Position numbers and translations under genes: made by a program. The notes beneath the pieces are model-generated. The model ran no database searches and was not told the origin of the DNA. It saw only the letters and a program-made list of their open reading frames with translations. A stretch of 64,000 nt of DNA. It comes from Zygnema circumcarinatum SAG 698-1b (lineage: Eukaryota > Plantae > Zygnematophyceae). Positions 47,464 to 59,220 of the stretch are shown in pieces (position 1 is the stretch's first letter; each line of letters begins with the position of its first letter). The stretch lies in assembly GCA_037447605.1 (NCBI GenBank), contig CM074809.1:424689-488688 (forward strand). Direction: 5' to 3'.

Positions 47464-50094
47464 CGCTGTGAAGTGGGACATTTTCACGGACTCAGAGGGA
47501 GCCTGCGAGGACGACTCGCAGCTGAGCCACGCCCTCGCCCTCGTCGGGTACGGCAGCGAGAGCGGCGTCGCGTATTGGATCGTACGGAACTCGTTCGGCC
47601 CCGCGTGGGGCCGCAGCGGGTACGCGCGCATCAAGCAGGGAATCTGCGGGGTCACCGCCCTGCCGGCCCTCTACCCAGTCATCTCTCGTAAGTTTCTCGC
47701 GCACGTTCTCCAAACTTAATGTTATTTTTTATATTGAATATAGGAGCTATCAAGGAGGTACAGCCTCTGCGTACACTGTTTGGATGCTGCGTAGCAACAC
47801 AACTATAGAGTATGCCAAGTTACAATTATTCGGACAACGAAAACCAGTTGTTACAAACAGAGTTTCATGACAAAGAGTTGAACGATGTGTTCCTGTCCCG
47901 TTGTTGTCCCGATAGTCGCTTGGGCTTATCTCAAGGCCCCTCTCCCTGCATGTGCAGCGCCTGACGGCAACCCCTGCAATGTGAGAATCAACCCTTGTGG
48001 GAGGGGCACCTGCATAAAGTCTGGGAATTCCTACACGTGCCAATGCCCCAGCAAGTATGTCGCTGCTCAGAATACCGACAACACGCAGACTTGCGTTCTC
48101 AGTAAGTGACTCGCATTTTATTGAATCAATTGCTTTCCTTCGTTTTTCAAACGGTACCATACTCAATACAGTTTGGTGCGCTCTCGCTCAACCCTATCCA
48201 AAACAAGCGGTCCGATCCAACTTCCATGTGCCTTTATCGAATGTCCGTTGTTGCGCTATCGCGTTTGTGGCAGAGGACGTGTGTAGCGCCACAGGCGTGA
48301 ACCCGTGCGGGGCGGGCAACTGCGTGAATGAGAACAACGGCTACTACCATTGCGTCTGCTTTGTCGGATATGTCAGTGCGGTCAACAGTGACGGCAGGCC
48401 TCTCTGTGTTCCGCGTAAGTGCTTGCACTGCTCACTTCTCCATTGTGTGTGTGTGTGGTTTGGAGTTTGGAGGCGTAGAACATGAACAAACGACTATTTA
48501 CTTCTCGGTTGGGTCGTCTTTTTCGTCATTTCTAGGCGAAATTTTGCAGCTTTCATGGTTTTATTGGATTCTGTCGTGTTGACAAAAATGAATGCTGCTG
48601 TGCAGCGGTGCAAGCGAACCCGGGATTGCCGCAGACTTACACCGTCAAGGCGGGAGATTATTGCTACTTGATCGCCTACGCTTACGGATTAACAATCACG
48701 CAACTGAAAAAACAAAACACGAGGGCCAATCGGGTACATGTGGCTGCTGCTGTAAAAGGCCAATGGAAAAGGACGTATTTTGCTGTTACTCGCACTCTTC
48801 AATGGATGTCCACTGGCAAAGCCTCAACTTTTCATTCGTCCTCATATTTTTATTCCATTTATCTTCTCGTCTTGTGTCAATGTGCAGGATCTCTGTAATC
48901 CATTGTGGATTGGTGATGTCCTGAACATTCAAAATGCAGCAGCTAAAACCTGCAAGGTTCTCTACAGCATTCAGCAGGTCCGCTTCATGCCGAAAACGCT
49001 CAAACTGCTTCTCGTTTTAAAGTAGTAAGAACGAACGCCAATCTGTATGGCCAAGATTGAACAATCAGACGCATTCTACAGTCGGAGACAGTACCTCCAT
49101 TATGACATAGAAAGAAAATCACACTGTTCTTGCTAACGCTACAAAGAATCACTGTAAATGACAGAGGTCAAATGTGTGAATGCAGGACGACTCGTGCTGG
49201 GCGATTGAAACCGCTTTCGGCCTCGCTATAGGCACCCTCGTGAAGCTGAATCCAGGACTCATATGTGACGTCACCAGCGCGCCTGATGGCACTCCTCTTG
49301 GCATTCAGCCTGGCCAGCAGGTGCAGTAATACGCCATGAACACCCCTTAAAGCGCTAACACCACCCGCCCTGAGTCCGCCTCCCCTCCCCTCCCCTCCCC
49401 TCCCNNNNNNNNNNCCTCCCCTCTCCTCCCTCCCCTCCCCTCAACGAGCGAGGGCGAGCCCCCCCCTTGCAGGTGTGCCTGGTGTTGGGGTCCCCCGACA
49501 ACACGAAGGTGTGCACGAGCGCCGATGTGGTCCTCGAGAGCGACCGCGGCAGCAAGACCTGTGCCTCCATCCTCGGGAGGACCCCCTCCTTGGCGCGCTT
49601 CGACTTCTTCGAGATCAACCGCGGCATCAACTGCGGGAACCTTTACGCGGGGCAGACGGTACGGCACGTACATCCCATGCATGCATGCATGCATGCTTGC
49701 GTACACGCATCATGCATGGGATGCACAAAGCAACCAATCACATGGCTCTTGCTTCTCTTCCCTGACATTATGCAGCAAAAGGGTATAGGATGGTGAAGGA
49801 AATGACGGGTTCTTTTGTGTGTGCTGCTGGGGAGGGCAGGTCTGCACCGGCTTCCAGGTGGTGCCTCCGGCCGCATGCAGGCCTTACTACCAGTGGCAGC
49901 GAGGGGATACATGTTCGACTGTGGCTCAGCGTTTTTGCGGGGCGAGATCGCGGCCCAAGTGGAAGAAGTGCATGGGACAAAAAACGGCTTTGTGTATCAG
50001 CTCTGGCCAGTGGGCCGTGGGGCAAGTCATCTGCGTGGTTCGACCGACGGGGTGCTTCCTTAAAACGAAGAGGGTGCCCTTTTGCATCGGCTGA
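40283..50094 (+). CDS. Secreted multidomain protein (~918 aa): SP - 2x hevein/CBM18 - Pro linker - ricin-B lectin - papain-like peptidase C1A - 2x EGF - 4x LysM
   Basis: 19 GT-AG exons join in one open frame: 40283-40346, 40476-40547, 41077-41199, 42327-42449, 42741-42794, 43095-43220, 43449-43592, 43887-44108, 44217-44369, 45823-46061, 47035-47178, 47474-47687, 47958-48101, 48274-48414, 48606-48733, 48888-48977, 49186-49320, 49473-49658, 49840-50094 (2757 nt). Motifs: CCSQYNWCG x2; CLDVPG...NQLW...CLDAAG...NQLW; LPPAVDW...KDQGACGSC, SHALALVGYG, YWIVRNSFG; two 6-Cys EGF; YTVKAGDYC and related LysM. Confidence 0.9.
41244..41381. repeat. (CTGTC)n pentanucleotide microsatellite in the intron after hevein exon 1
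   Basis: Direct read. Confidence 0.95.
44374..45805. repeat. Intronic telomere-like heptamer satellite (CCCTAAA/CCCGAAA grading to CCCTCAA/CCCTCCA, 28-nt higher-order unit)
   Basis: Direct read. Recurrent unit CCCTCCACCCTCACATCCTAACCCTCAA. Flanked by the donor at 44370 and the acceptor at 45822. Confidence 0.9.
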
Positions 50095-51048
50095 CGGCGG
50101 GCGGGATCTGTGCATGCGTACATGCATGCATGCATGCATGCATGCGAGCATCCGCGGTTGGGTTTGGCGCTCATTCGGCGCTGACTGGCGGCCTTGGCTG
50201 CGGGCGAACCGGAGTTTATAGTCCACCAAATTTACAAAGTTCGTCAAATGCAACAGTGGACCTGGCCGACTCCATTTTGACAGGTTTTTGATGGGTGTGG
50301 TCAAGTTGATCAGCTTGACTTGGTCAACTTAGTCAGCACATGAACCGCGGTAAAAAAAATAAACTTGACTTATGCTTTAATGTCCTTTGTTAATTATTAT
50401 TATTATTATATTAATCTGGCCCTTTTGTCTATGCTCTCTGCGTGGATGCAACATTTGCTTTTAAGGTCATACGGAATGTGCCTCAGTAGTCGATGGTGCG
50501 CAGCGGCTTTGTGCGGATTCTTTCCCTCGCGTCGTGTGCCGATCGCTGGGGGCTCTCGGCCCTCCAGCTCTGTCAGCCCCCCATCCCCTCCACTAAAACT
50601 CTTTCTATTTTTTTCTCCTTCCTCTCATATTTCCACTCCCTCCTCTCCCTCTCGCCTCTTCCCCCCTCACTTTCTTTTTTACCGTCCTCCCGCCCTCCCT
50701 CCCTCCTCCCTCCCTGTTCCCTTTCCCTTTGGGGCGTGTCATTGTTTTGTTTGTGTGCTTTTGCTTCACCGTCCTTTCGGTTTCCATTGCCTTGTAAAGA
50801 AAGACAAAGGAAGGCTACGAGCGGAACGCTGCTGCAAGGTCCATCAACGCGCGGCCTCTATGAGCGTCCAATGGTTGCACCCAATCGTTGGAACCATGCA
50901 TGGCAGGACCAGCCAACCACTGGCGTTGGACACAATCAACCATTGCCAGTGGTTGCAACCATTGGCTATCAATGGTTCCAATTTGCATCCAGTTTTTGCG
51001 ATGGTTCGACCTGTGAATGCGCTTTCGATGGAAGGCCAGCAAATGCCT

Positions 51049-51137
51049 ACGTGGCGCCTATATGGCGTCCACGTGGCACCCAGGTGGCGCGTATGTGGCG
51101 TCCACGTGGCGCATTAAATAAACGGACACAACGTGGC
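51049..51137 (+). promoter_or_regulatory. Cluster of four ACGTGGC (ABRE/G-box) motifs ~280-370 bp upstream of the SERK-like ATG
   Basis: ACGTGGC at 51049, 51071, 51104 and 51131; two of them are full CCACGTGGC. Confidence 0.55.
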
Positions 51138-51415
51138 AATGAAGAGCGCAGGCACGTCGCGACGTTTTGATCGCTAATTCGATTTCGCCAGCCTACCCAG
51201 ACGAACCAGAAAACCAGGTTTCCGAAAGTTTGTTCAACGCCGTCCACTCCAAATATCAATAAACCGTGCGCATGTGCAATGCTGACGTCTTCAACCACGT
51301 CAGCAAAGTTGGCAGTAGTTGAAGGAGTTGGATCCTTGAGGCGAGCTACTGCCTTCACCTGCCACCTCCATCCCTCCCTCCCTTCCCCCTTCCTCCCTCT
51401 CGCCTTCCTCCTCTA

Positions 51416-54400
51416 ATGGCGGCCTCTCTGGCTGCCAAGTGGCGCGCTGGGAGGATGCGGTGGGCGGAGGTTCTGGCGGTCATGGCGGTGCTTGTACGGC
51501 CTGGTTGGGTGGCGTGCGAGGATGTGCCGGCGTGGAGTGACCCGGAGGGTACGAACCTGCCCCTTGCTTCCTTTCTCTCCTCGCCTTCTCTCCATCTCCC
51601 TCACTCTCCCTCCCTCCCTTTAAATGCGCTTTTTGCTGGCTCTTCCTTCTCCTTACTGACGCCTTCCTCTTCTTCTTGCTCCTCGCCTCGCCCTGGAGAC
51701 CAGCGAGTATTCTCGCCCAGTACGTTATGACCCCTGCTTACATCACCACCAACATTACCTCGTGGGCTTCGAACGCCGACAACCCGTGCGACTTCACTTA
51801 CATCACGTGCAACCCCGGCGGGAAAAATACCATCATCTTGTGAGCACAGTGGGGCGCAGAGGGGCTGTGCTTGTACTTTTGAGGGCTGCTGCAGGAATTA
51901 GGGTTAGGACAAGCGAGTGCTGTAACACGCAAACGCTGTCGACGGGTGCAGGGACATGCACGCGAGGAACATCATGGGGAAGCTCAGCCCGTGGGTGGCG
52001 TACCTTCATCAGCTGGAGACCCTGTAGGCTCTTATTCTTTACTCCCGAATTTCGTCAGTCTGTGAATGCCTTTGCACTTGCTTTCGCTTGATTGGCATCT
52101 TTGCTGTGAGCGAACGCCTCACAGACTTGGGGTTCAGGACGTTATGGGTGGTGGGCTGCCATTGTCTGTCTGCAAATGGTACTTTCCTGAAATTGCAAGG
52201 CTGGGAGAACACTTGAGTGAGGAAGCCGCCGCGCATACGCATTGCTATTATTATTTTTATTTGTTTTTTTTTTATTGTCAGTGCTTGTTTATTAAATATT
52301 TCATTTTTTGTGTTGTTTTAGATTCTTAGGCCTCAGAGGCTACTAAGCAAGAATTGCATTGAATTGTCTGGAGAGGTGTCTGCATCAGACGACCATCAGA
52401 GTCCATGCATTACATTCGTGTTGCAGCACTCTCGCTCGCTAATGCGTGCTCACAGACATGCTCTCTCTAAAGCACCCTGCTCGCCTGTGATCAAATCAGT
52501 AGCAGGCAGTCCACTGTCAAGTTGCAGGCTGCGCATGGCTACCCACGTGTGTCTAGCGAAAGAATGAGAGCATGGTGCGCCCAATTGCATTGTGTGCGCT
52601 GCTCATGTTGGTACTCATGCTGAGCATGCGCCCCAAGTCCCGCTTTCCTCTCTAGACCTTTGGTGTTGACATGCGCTGCTTCCCTGTGCAGAACTTTGGA
52701 CGATAATAACTTCACGGGCCCCATTGTAAGCGCGCCCCTCCCCCTCCCACCCCACCGCCATGAACCTAGTTTAACCTGATTAACCCGGTGGATCTAGTTA
52801 AACCTGGTTAACCTGATTGGCCTAGTTAATCTGGTTAACCGGGGTAATCTCACCAGTCAAATCCAGCCCCAGCGCAAGGACCGGCCCGATCTGGACCCGG
52901 ATCGCGCGCTAACCGACAGTCTTGGTCGCCCCTGGCTCGTCCGTACGCTCACGCGCACCCAGGAGGATCCGCCGCTTGAGTGGGTCCCGCTGCCAGCTGG
53001 CGCTTGGCTGTCGCGACGTGCGCCTGAGTCGTACGAACAGGCTCTAGCGGTTAAAATTTGGAACGTCGCAGGTTGACCGGCCGCTGTCCGTACGCGGTCG
53101 TGACGGATTGCGGCGTTGACCGCGAAGGTCTGCCGGCGTCTCGGGGGAGGTTCCATGCGGCAGTTTCGGGTCCTGAGCGGCCCGTCACGTGACTCACGTA
53201 ACCTTTTGTCGACGTGGCCGCCATCATTGACGTTTCCAATCGGAAGCGGCCACGTGGTCTTTCACGTGCGAGTCCTGTCACGTCTGGCGACTGCTCGGGC
53301 CGGGCCGCTGTGACCGTCGGTTAGGATGGTCGGCCGCCGGAAGCGCCACGTGGCAGCGAGTGATTGGAAAACGCTTGCTCGCATTAATTTATGAAATACG
53401 CGTTACGGGCCACGCGCATGGAACGGTCCCACTCTGAAGGGGCAGACATAACTGGAACTGCTTGTGTCGCTGTTGCCGCCGTGCAACTGCCAGCATGGAA
53501 AGGCAAAGGCACGGAATGGCGGAACTGAGTTCAGCACTAGGTCGGCACCCACGCAGTGTGGATGTATGAGTGCATGCACATAGAATGGCATGCAGGAATC
53601 TGCATGCATGCATGCATACACATATCATGCATGACTTGTCACTTTGAAGCATATGCATACATGCACGTGTGCACAAACATATTGCGCGCATCCCCCATGA
53701 TTCCATGGCGCATGGGAGCATGCAGCCGGCGCTGCTGGGCTACCTCGCGAACCTCTCCTCCCTCACCTTGAGCAATAACGCGTTCTCGGGTGCCATCCCC
53801 CCCGAGCTCAGCAACGCGACAAAACTTGCACGAGTGTGAGTGCCCCTCCCTCCCTCCCTCGCACGTGTGTGCTTGCAAGGATAGTTCTCGTGTGCGACGG
53901 CACTTATCTACAGCTTGTGTGATTGAGCCTTGATCCTTTCGCTCTGTTTCCTGACAATCATGCTTTAGCAGCAGCAGCAGCAGTCTGTAGTGGAAGTGAT
54001 GGCTTGCAGGCAACTGCTTAGAAGGAATTTATGGTTTCTACGGTTTATAGGGTCTGCAGAGTGCTTGTATTGCAAGACTGGAAGTGATGGTTACCACGGT
54101 TGTGCGTGCAGGGACTTTTCGAATAACAATCTGACCGGCAGCATTCCATCTTCTTTTGGAAACCTCACGATTTTGGACACCTTGTATGTCACCCATTGCA
54201 TGCCTTCTGCAGCACCTTCTCTCATTCTCTCACCTTTGATGCTCTGTATGGGGGGGCTATCATGGGGAATAGGGGTAGGAAAGGGAGCAGCCATGGCTGA
54301 GTGAGGGATGGTGACTATGGCCTTTCGGAAACGTTTCTTGTGTCACAGAAATCTTGCAAACAATAGCTTGAGTGGCGGAATTCCTGTCGAACTGGGGAGT

Positions 54401-57147
54401 TTGTCGCGACTTAATGTCCTGTAAGTGCTGAAATTATAGTTTGTTTGCGAGGTTTTTTTTTTTTTTTTTTTCCAGCTGTCATCTGTATCAGTACTCGTGC
54501 TTACAGGAAATTGAAATTGATGTGGGCAAGAGTGAGGAAATTGAACCTTATGTTGTTACTTGCAAGATAAGTTCGTAAGATAGATTTGAAGAATGCTTGT
54601 GATGGTGCAGCAATTTGGCGAACAACAACTTGTCGGGCTCTGTTCCTGATAAGCTCACCCGCTTTTGTACGAGGTGGGTGGGTTCCTTTTTCAAAATATG
54701 AATCAGGGAAGTAGGCGAAGTCGTAATCACAATAATTACTGCAATGCAAAACACCTTCTACATTGCCCCCAATGGACATACTTTTCCAGAAGGGAAAGTT
54801 TGCACTGTTTGGAGGGTTTTATTCTATAGCCGTTTTTTCTCATTTTAACGCTGCGCTGCAACTAAGCTGGCTGGGCGATCTCACAAACCTTCACAACCCC
54901 CAATTATGTATTTTGTTTCGCAGCGGCGCTTTTGATGGAAATCCTTACCTTGATACTATCGTGTGCACATATTGTAAGCAATCTCAATCTATCGTCCTCC
55001 TGCTACTTCTCACTTCTCACTCTGCTTCTGCTGCTTCTTCTTCTTTTCTTCTTCTTCTACCTCTTCTTCTTCTACTTCTTCTTCTTCTTCTTCTTCTCTG
55101 CTTCCCCACTTTCAAATGAAGTGGCGTCATCATAGTGGAGCATCTGAATGCCTGCTCTCAAGTATAGCTCTCCCACGAAGTGTGACGATTAATATTGAAG
55201 ATTTTTTTTAAACTACTGTTGTTCCTTGCCCCGGCCTCCTGCAGCCCCTCCTCCGCCTCCGCTTATTCCAAAAAAATCGAGCAGCGCGGGAGCTATAATA
55301 GGGGGGGTAGTAGGAGGAATTGCAATTGTACTTATTATTGCCGGAGTGCTTGCCTGGAGAATTCTCATGAAGAAGCCGTACGTTTCCTCAAAAAGTCTTC
55401 ACGCTGAGCTTCTCCCTCATAGTGGGACCTCCAACGGATCATGTAAGCTTCAGAACCATAAAGTGATTCAAGAATGAACGCAAGATTGCAGCTTTGTGAT
55501 GTAACGTTTGAGGTTTTCTTTTGGCAGCAAATGACTTTGGGAAAATTGTTCATTTTTTTGCCTGTTTTCGTGACGCAGCGGCGTACACATTTTTGGATCG
55601 AATTCGGCGGTTTACTCTCGCGGAAATGCTGGAAGCAACCATGGAGTTCAGTGACGATAGAGTGTTGGGAGAGGGAGGGAGTGGCGTAGTGTACAAAGGA
55701 GTCCTTCCTGGGGACCGGCACATAGCTGTGAAACGCCTTAAGGTCAGAAATTTCGTTGTCTCCGATCGGCCGCAAAATACCCCTCTTCCCATGCACATTC
55801 ACTTCATGCATGGTAGATGACACGAGGATGCATCTGGCAGAAGAGCAGAAGATGCTGCTTTCTTGGATTAGGGACTGCGATGATGCTTGGAGAAATGTTT
55901 TCACTTATTTTTTATATTCTGTTTTATGTGATTTGCAGAGGTTCTACTCTAGAGGAGACGACCAGTTCGTGAGGGAGCTGGACATCATCAGCCGCACAGT
56001 GCATGCCAACCTTATCCAGTTAGAGGGCTACTGTTTGGAGGCGGGGGAGAGGTTGTTGGTCTTCCCATACATGAGCAATGGCTCCGTGGCAGCCCACCTT
56101 AGAGGTGCGCAGATGGTGACGGTGATGATGGTGGTGGTGATGGAGAAGACGATGACAGTGTGGTTGTGGTGATCATAACTGATGGTCAAGGTGGCGATGA
56201 TGTGATAGTGATCATAGCTGATGTGATAGTGATCATAGATGATGGTCAAGGTGGCGATGATGTGATAGTGATCATAACTGATTTGTTGGCACGAGGTTGG
56301 AGTGGTGGTGCAACTTGCAGGCGGGCCCAAGCCGCTCATTCCCTTTGTAGTGCGGCGGACCATTGCCCGGGACGTGGCGGAGGGCATCTGCTACATGCAC
56401 TTCGGGTGCAGCCCGCAGCTGTTGCACCGCGACATCAAGGTGCTGCCACCCTCCTCTCTCACTCCCTCTCTCTCCCTATCCCTCTTCTCTCCCTATCCCT
56501 CTTCTCTCCCTCTTCTCTCCCTCTTCTCTCCCTCTTCTCTCCCTCTTCTCTCCCTCTCCTTCTCCCTCAGTGCGCTTACGTGAGAGGGAGGAGGGCGGTT
56601 GCAGGCGGACAATGTGTTGCTGACCAACAGCTGGCAGGCGAAGGTAACGGACTTTGGGTTGGTGAAGATGGTGGGGACGGATGATGAGGTGCAGCAGACG
56701 GCTCTGAGGGGCACCATAGGGTACATTGCTCCAGGTGGGTTTCCAGGGTTTCAGAAATTCTAGGGTTTCTACAGAAGAGGTTCAAGGGCTATTGAAGTCT
56801 TCCTGCTTGATGCTGTAAACTGTAGAGCATTTTTCTTCACTGAATGTTTTGTTGAACTAAATGGTTCTTGGATCTGCTTTCCCCCTGCAGAGTACTCGAG
56901 TTCGGGGAATGTGTCCGACAAAACCGACGTGTTTGCGTTTGGAGTGTTCTTGGTGGAACTCACTTTGGGCCGCTCCTCGCAAGAGCTTGCAGAAGTTGTG
57001 CCGGACAGCTACACCCTTCAGGAATGGGTGGGTTTTTTGGAGTTAGGTGTTAGGATTGGTGGAATGTAGTTCGAGGATGTTATGTTTATGGTTTCAGGAC
57101 TTTGAGGTATCACGTGTTAATCTCAAAAAAATTACAGGGGCTCGCCT

Positions 57148-57183
<36 letters not shown>

Positions 57184-57829
57184 GCACTCGCTGTAGTCTA
57201 TTGTCTATTGTCTATTGTATATTGTAGTCTATTGTCTATTGTCTATTGTAGTCTATTGTCTATTGCTTTTCCCTTTATCTTCTCACTTCTGCGTCACTTT
57301 CAACGGCTCGCCTAACGTTCTTCCCCATGTTTCCTTATCCTTCGATCTCTCCCCTTCCTTCAACCTGTCTCACCCTCGTCGCCCTCTCCCTCCTCTCTCC
57401 CCCTCTCTTCTCCCACTTCCCCCTCTCACGCTCTCTCCCCTCCGCCCTTGCTGTCCCCAGATTGCGACCCTCCTGCAGCAAAACAAGCTGCGGGAGGTGG
57501 TGGAGAGATCGGACACAGTCTCTCCAGAAACATTCCGAGAGCTGGAAGAGCTCCTTCAACTTGCTGTGCTATGCATGCAGGAGCATCCGGACAGCCGCCT
57601 TAGCATGAAGGATTGTGGGGTCATCTTGAGGGGAGAGGGGTTGGGAGACAGATGGAGCCAATGGCAGAATCCGGACACAGGGGTCATCTCCATTCCTGAT
57701 GGAGAGGACAATCCTGCCCACTCACGAGGGCCTGCTTGGACGGGCTCCAATTTGTCTGCTTACTCTGGTGGACAGACAGGAGAATGGAACAGTCAAGCAT
57801 TTCCGATCGACCTCTCTGGGCCACGGTAG
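51416..57829 (+). CDS. SERK: SERK-like LRR-RLK (subfamily II co-receptor type)
   Basis: SP exon; 136-nt exon with SW...NPCDFTYITC; LRR exons of 72, 34+110 (=144), 72 and 72 nt (51952-52023, 52692-52725, 53726-53835, 54112-54183, 54349-54420), the SERK pattern. Pro-rich stretch before the TM. Kinase RRFTLAEM...AVKRLK, ERLLVFPYMSNGSVA, HRDIKADNVLL, DFG, RGTIGYIAPEY, KTDVFAFG; LRGEGLGDRWSQWQ; C-terminus LSGPR. The symbol is family-level only (SERK/NIK/CIK not resolved). Confidence 0.88.
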
Positions 57830-58739
57830 TTGGTTTCGAGGGGGGGCTGCTTTTCTTTCGTGGGGGAGCGAAAACTTGAGCGTTGGGTGAGCAGAACCAA
57901 AAAGGGGAAAAAGTAGGGGGTTGTTTCGTGTTCGGCTCCTGGAAGTGGCTGGGAGGTGAGCTGGCTAAGAGAACTTTAAAAATCTTCAGAGGCTTAGCAA
58001 TCCTTTCGGCCTAGTTGGGACTTATTCTTTGTGGGCGGAGCGCGAAAATGCTGTGTTAATGCGCCTCCTTCCGCTTGCATGAAGTTGGGACGAGGAGGAG
58101 AGGCATGACAGCTTGCATGATGTGGCATGCATGCCATTGCATCAGGCTGTCATGCTTACTGGAGCGGATGAAGACTTTTTGAAGCGCAGGTTGTATTTAT
58201 TTATTACGGAATTAATTATTAGTTGTTGCTTGTATACGCAAACATTTAATGTTATACTGCTTAAATAAATTCGTTTTTATTTTAAATTTGGGGACATGTT
58301 TTGGTCCTATTTCTTGGAGATGAATGAGTATTTCCAATTATATTTTTTCAAAAAGTAACATCATCGGGCATCATAACTGCCCTACACGGGCCCGGAAAGT
58401 TATTCCCGAGCCAATTGGCATCAGTCACGTTCGCTATTGACATTTGGCTTCTGATATCTTCTTTTGTTTATATTAATTAATTAGTTCACGTTTCAAAGAC
58501 GCTGGTGGTATGCGTACCATGGTTATAAGGATACAGATACATCGTTAATTTCAAAATATCGATATCAGAGATGACAAAAGATGGTTGGCCCATACAGTGG
58601 TCAATAATCCCCAAGGCCCCGCCCTGCGCAATTCATCACCGTTCGAAGTGTGGGTCGAACTCCCTTTCGTTTATTCTAGTTTTACATGATTAAACCAACA
58701 CAGCCTTCTCTGTCCTCGCTTAATTCACCTAAAACTCCA

Positions 58740-59220
58740 ACACATGAAGGCGTTGCCGCTCGCGATGCGGCCCTCGCTCCCTCCATCCCTCCCTTTGTAA
58801 AGAGCGCGCTTATGCCCCGCCGTGACTCTGCCGACGCGTTTTTTTCTTATGTCTGTCGAGTGCTTTGCTTGCCTCGACGCCCGTTTGGACGCCTTCCTCC
58901 GCCATCGCTCCCTCGAGATGTGCGCAAACGGCCCTGAAAGCCCTCCTCTCCTCCGCCGATGATCGCAACTTTTTATCGCCCTCCAGCGTTGCCGCCCTCC
59001 TCGCTTCTACGCTCCTTGGGCGTGCCGCGTGACCGATTCGGTGGTCGTCCGCCTCTCTCTCCCTCCCTCCCTTCCTCCGCGCGATGTGCCACACATCGGC
59101 GACCTTCGCGGCTGATTCTAAGACCGCGTTGTTGAGCCTAGCAGTGGATTACCGCGCATTGCTTTCTTCTATTGTCCTTTGGTCCATTGCGACCAGATCC
59201 TCGTGGTTCCCCTGTTGTAC
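58740..59220 (+). mobile_element. Degenerate copy of the RLE-LINE 3' tail
   Basis: CATGAAGGCGTTGCCGCTCGCGATGCGGCCCT...TTTTATCG...CTCGCTTCTACGCT...CACATCGGCGACCTTCGCGGCT aligns by eye with 39177-39530; contains indels. Confidence 0.75.
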
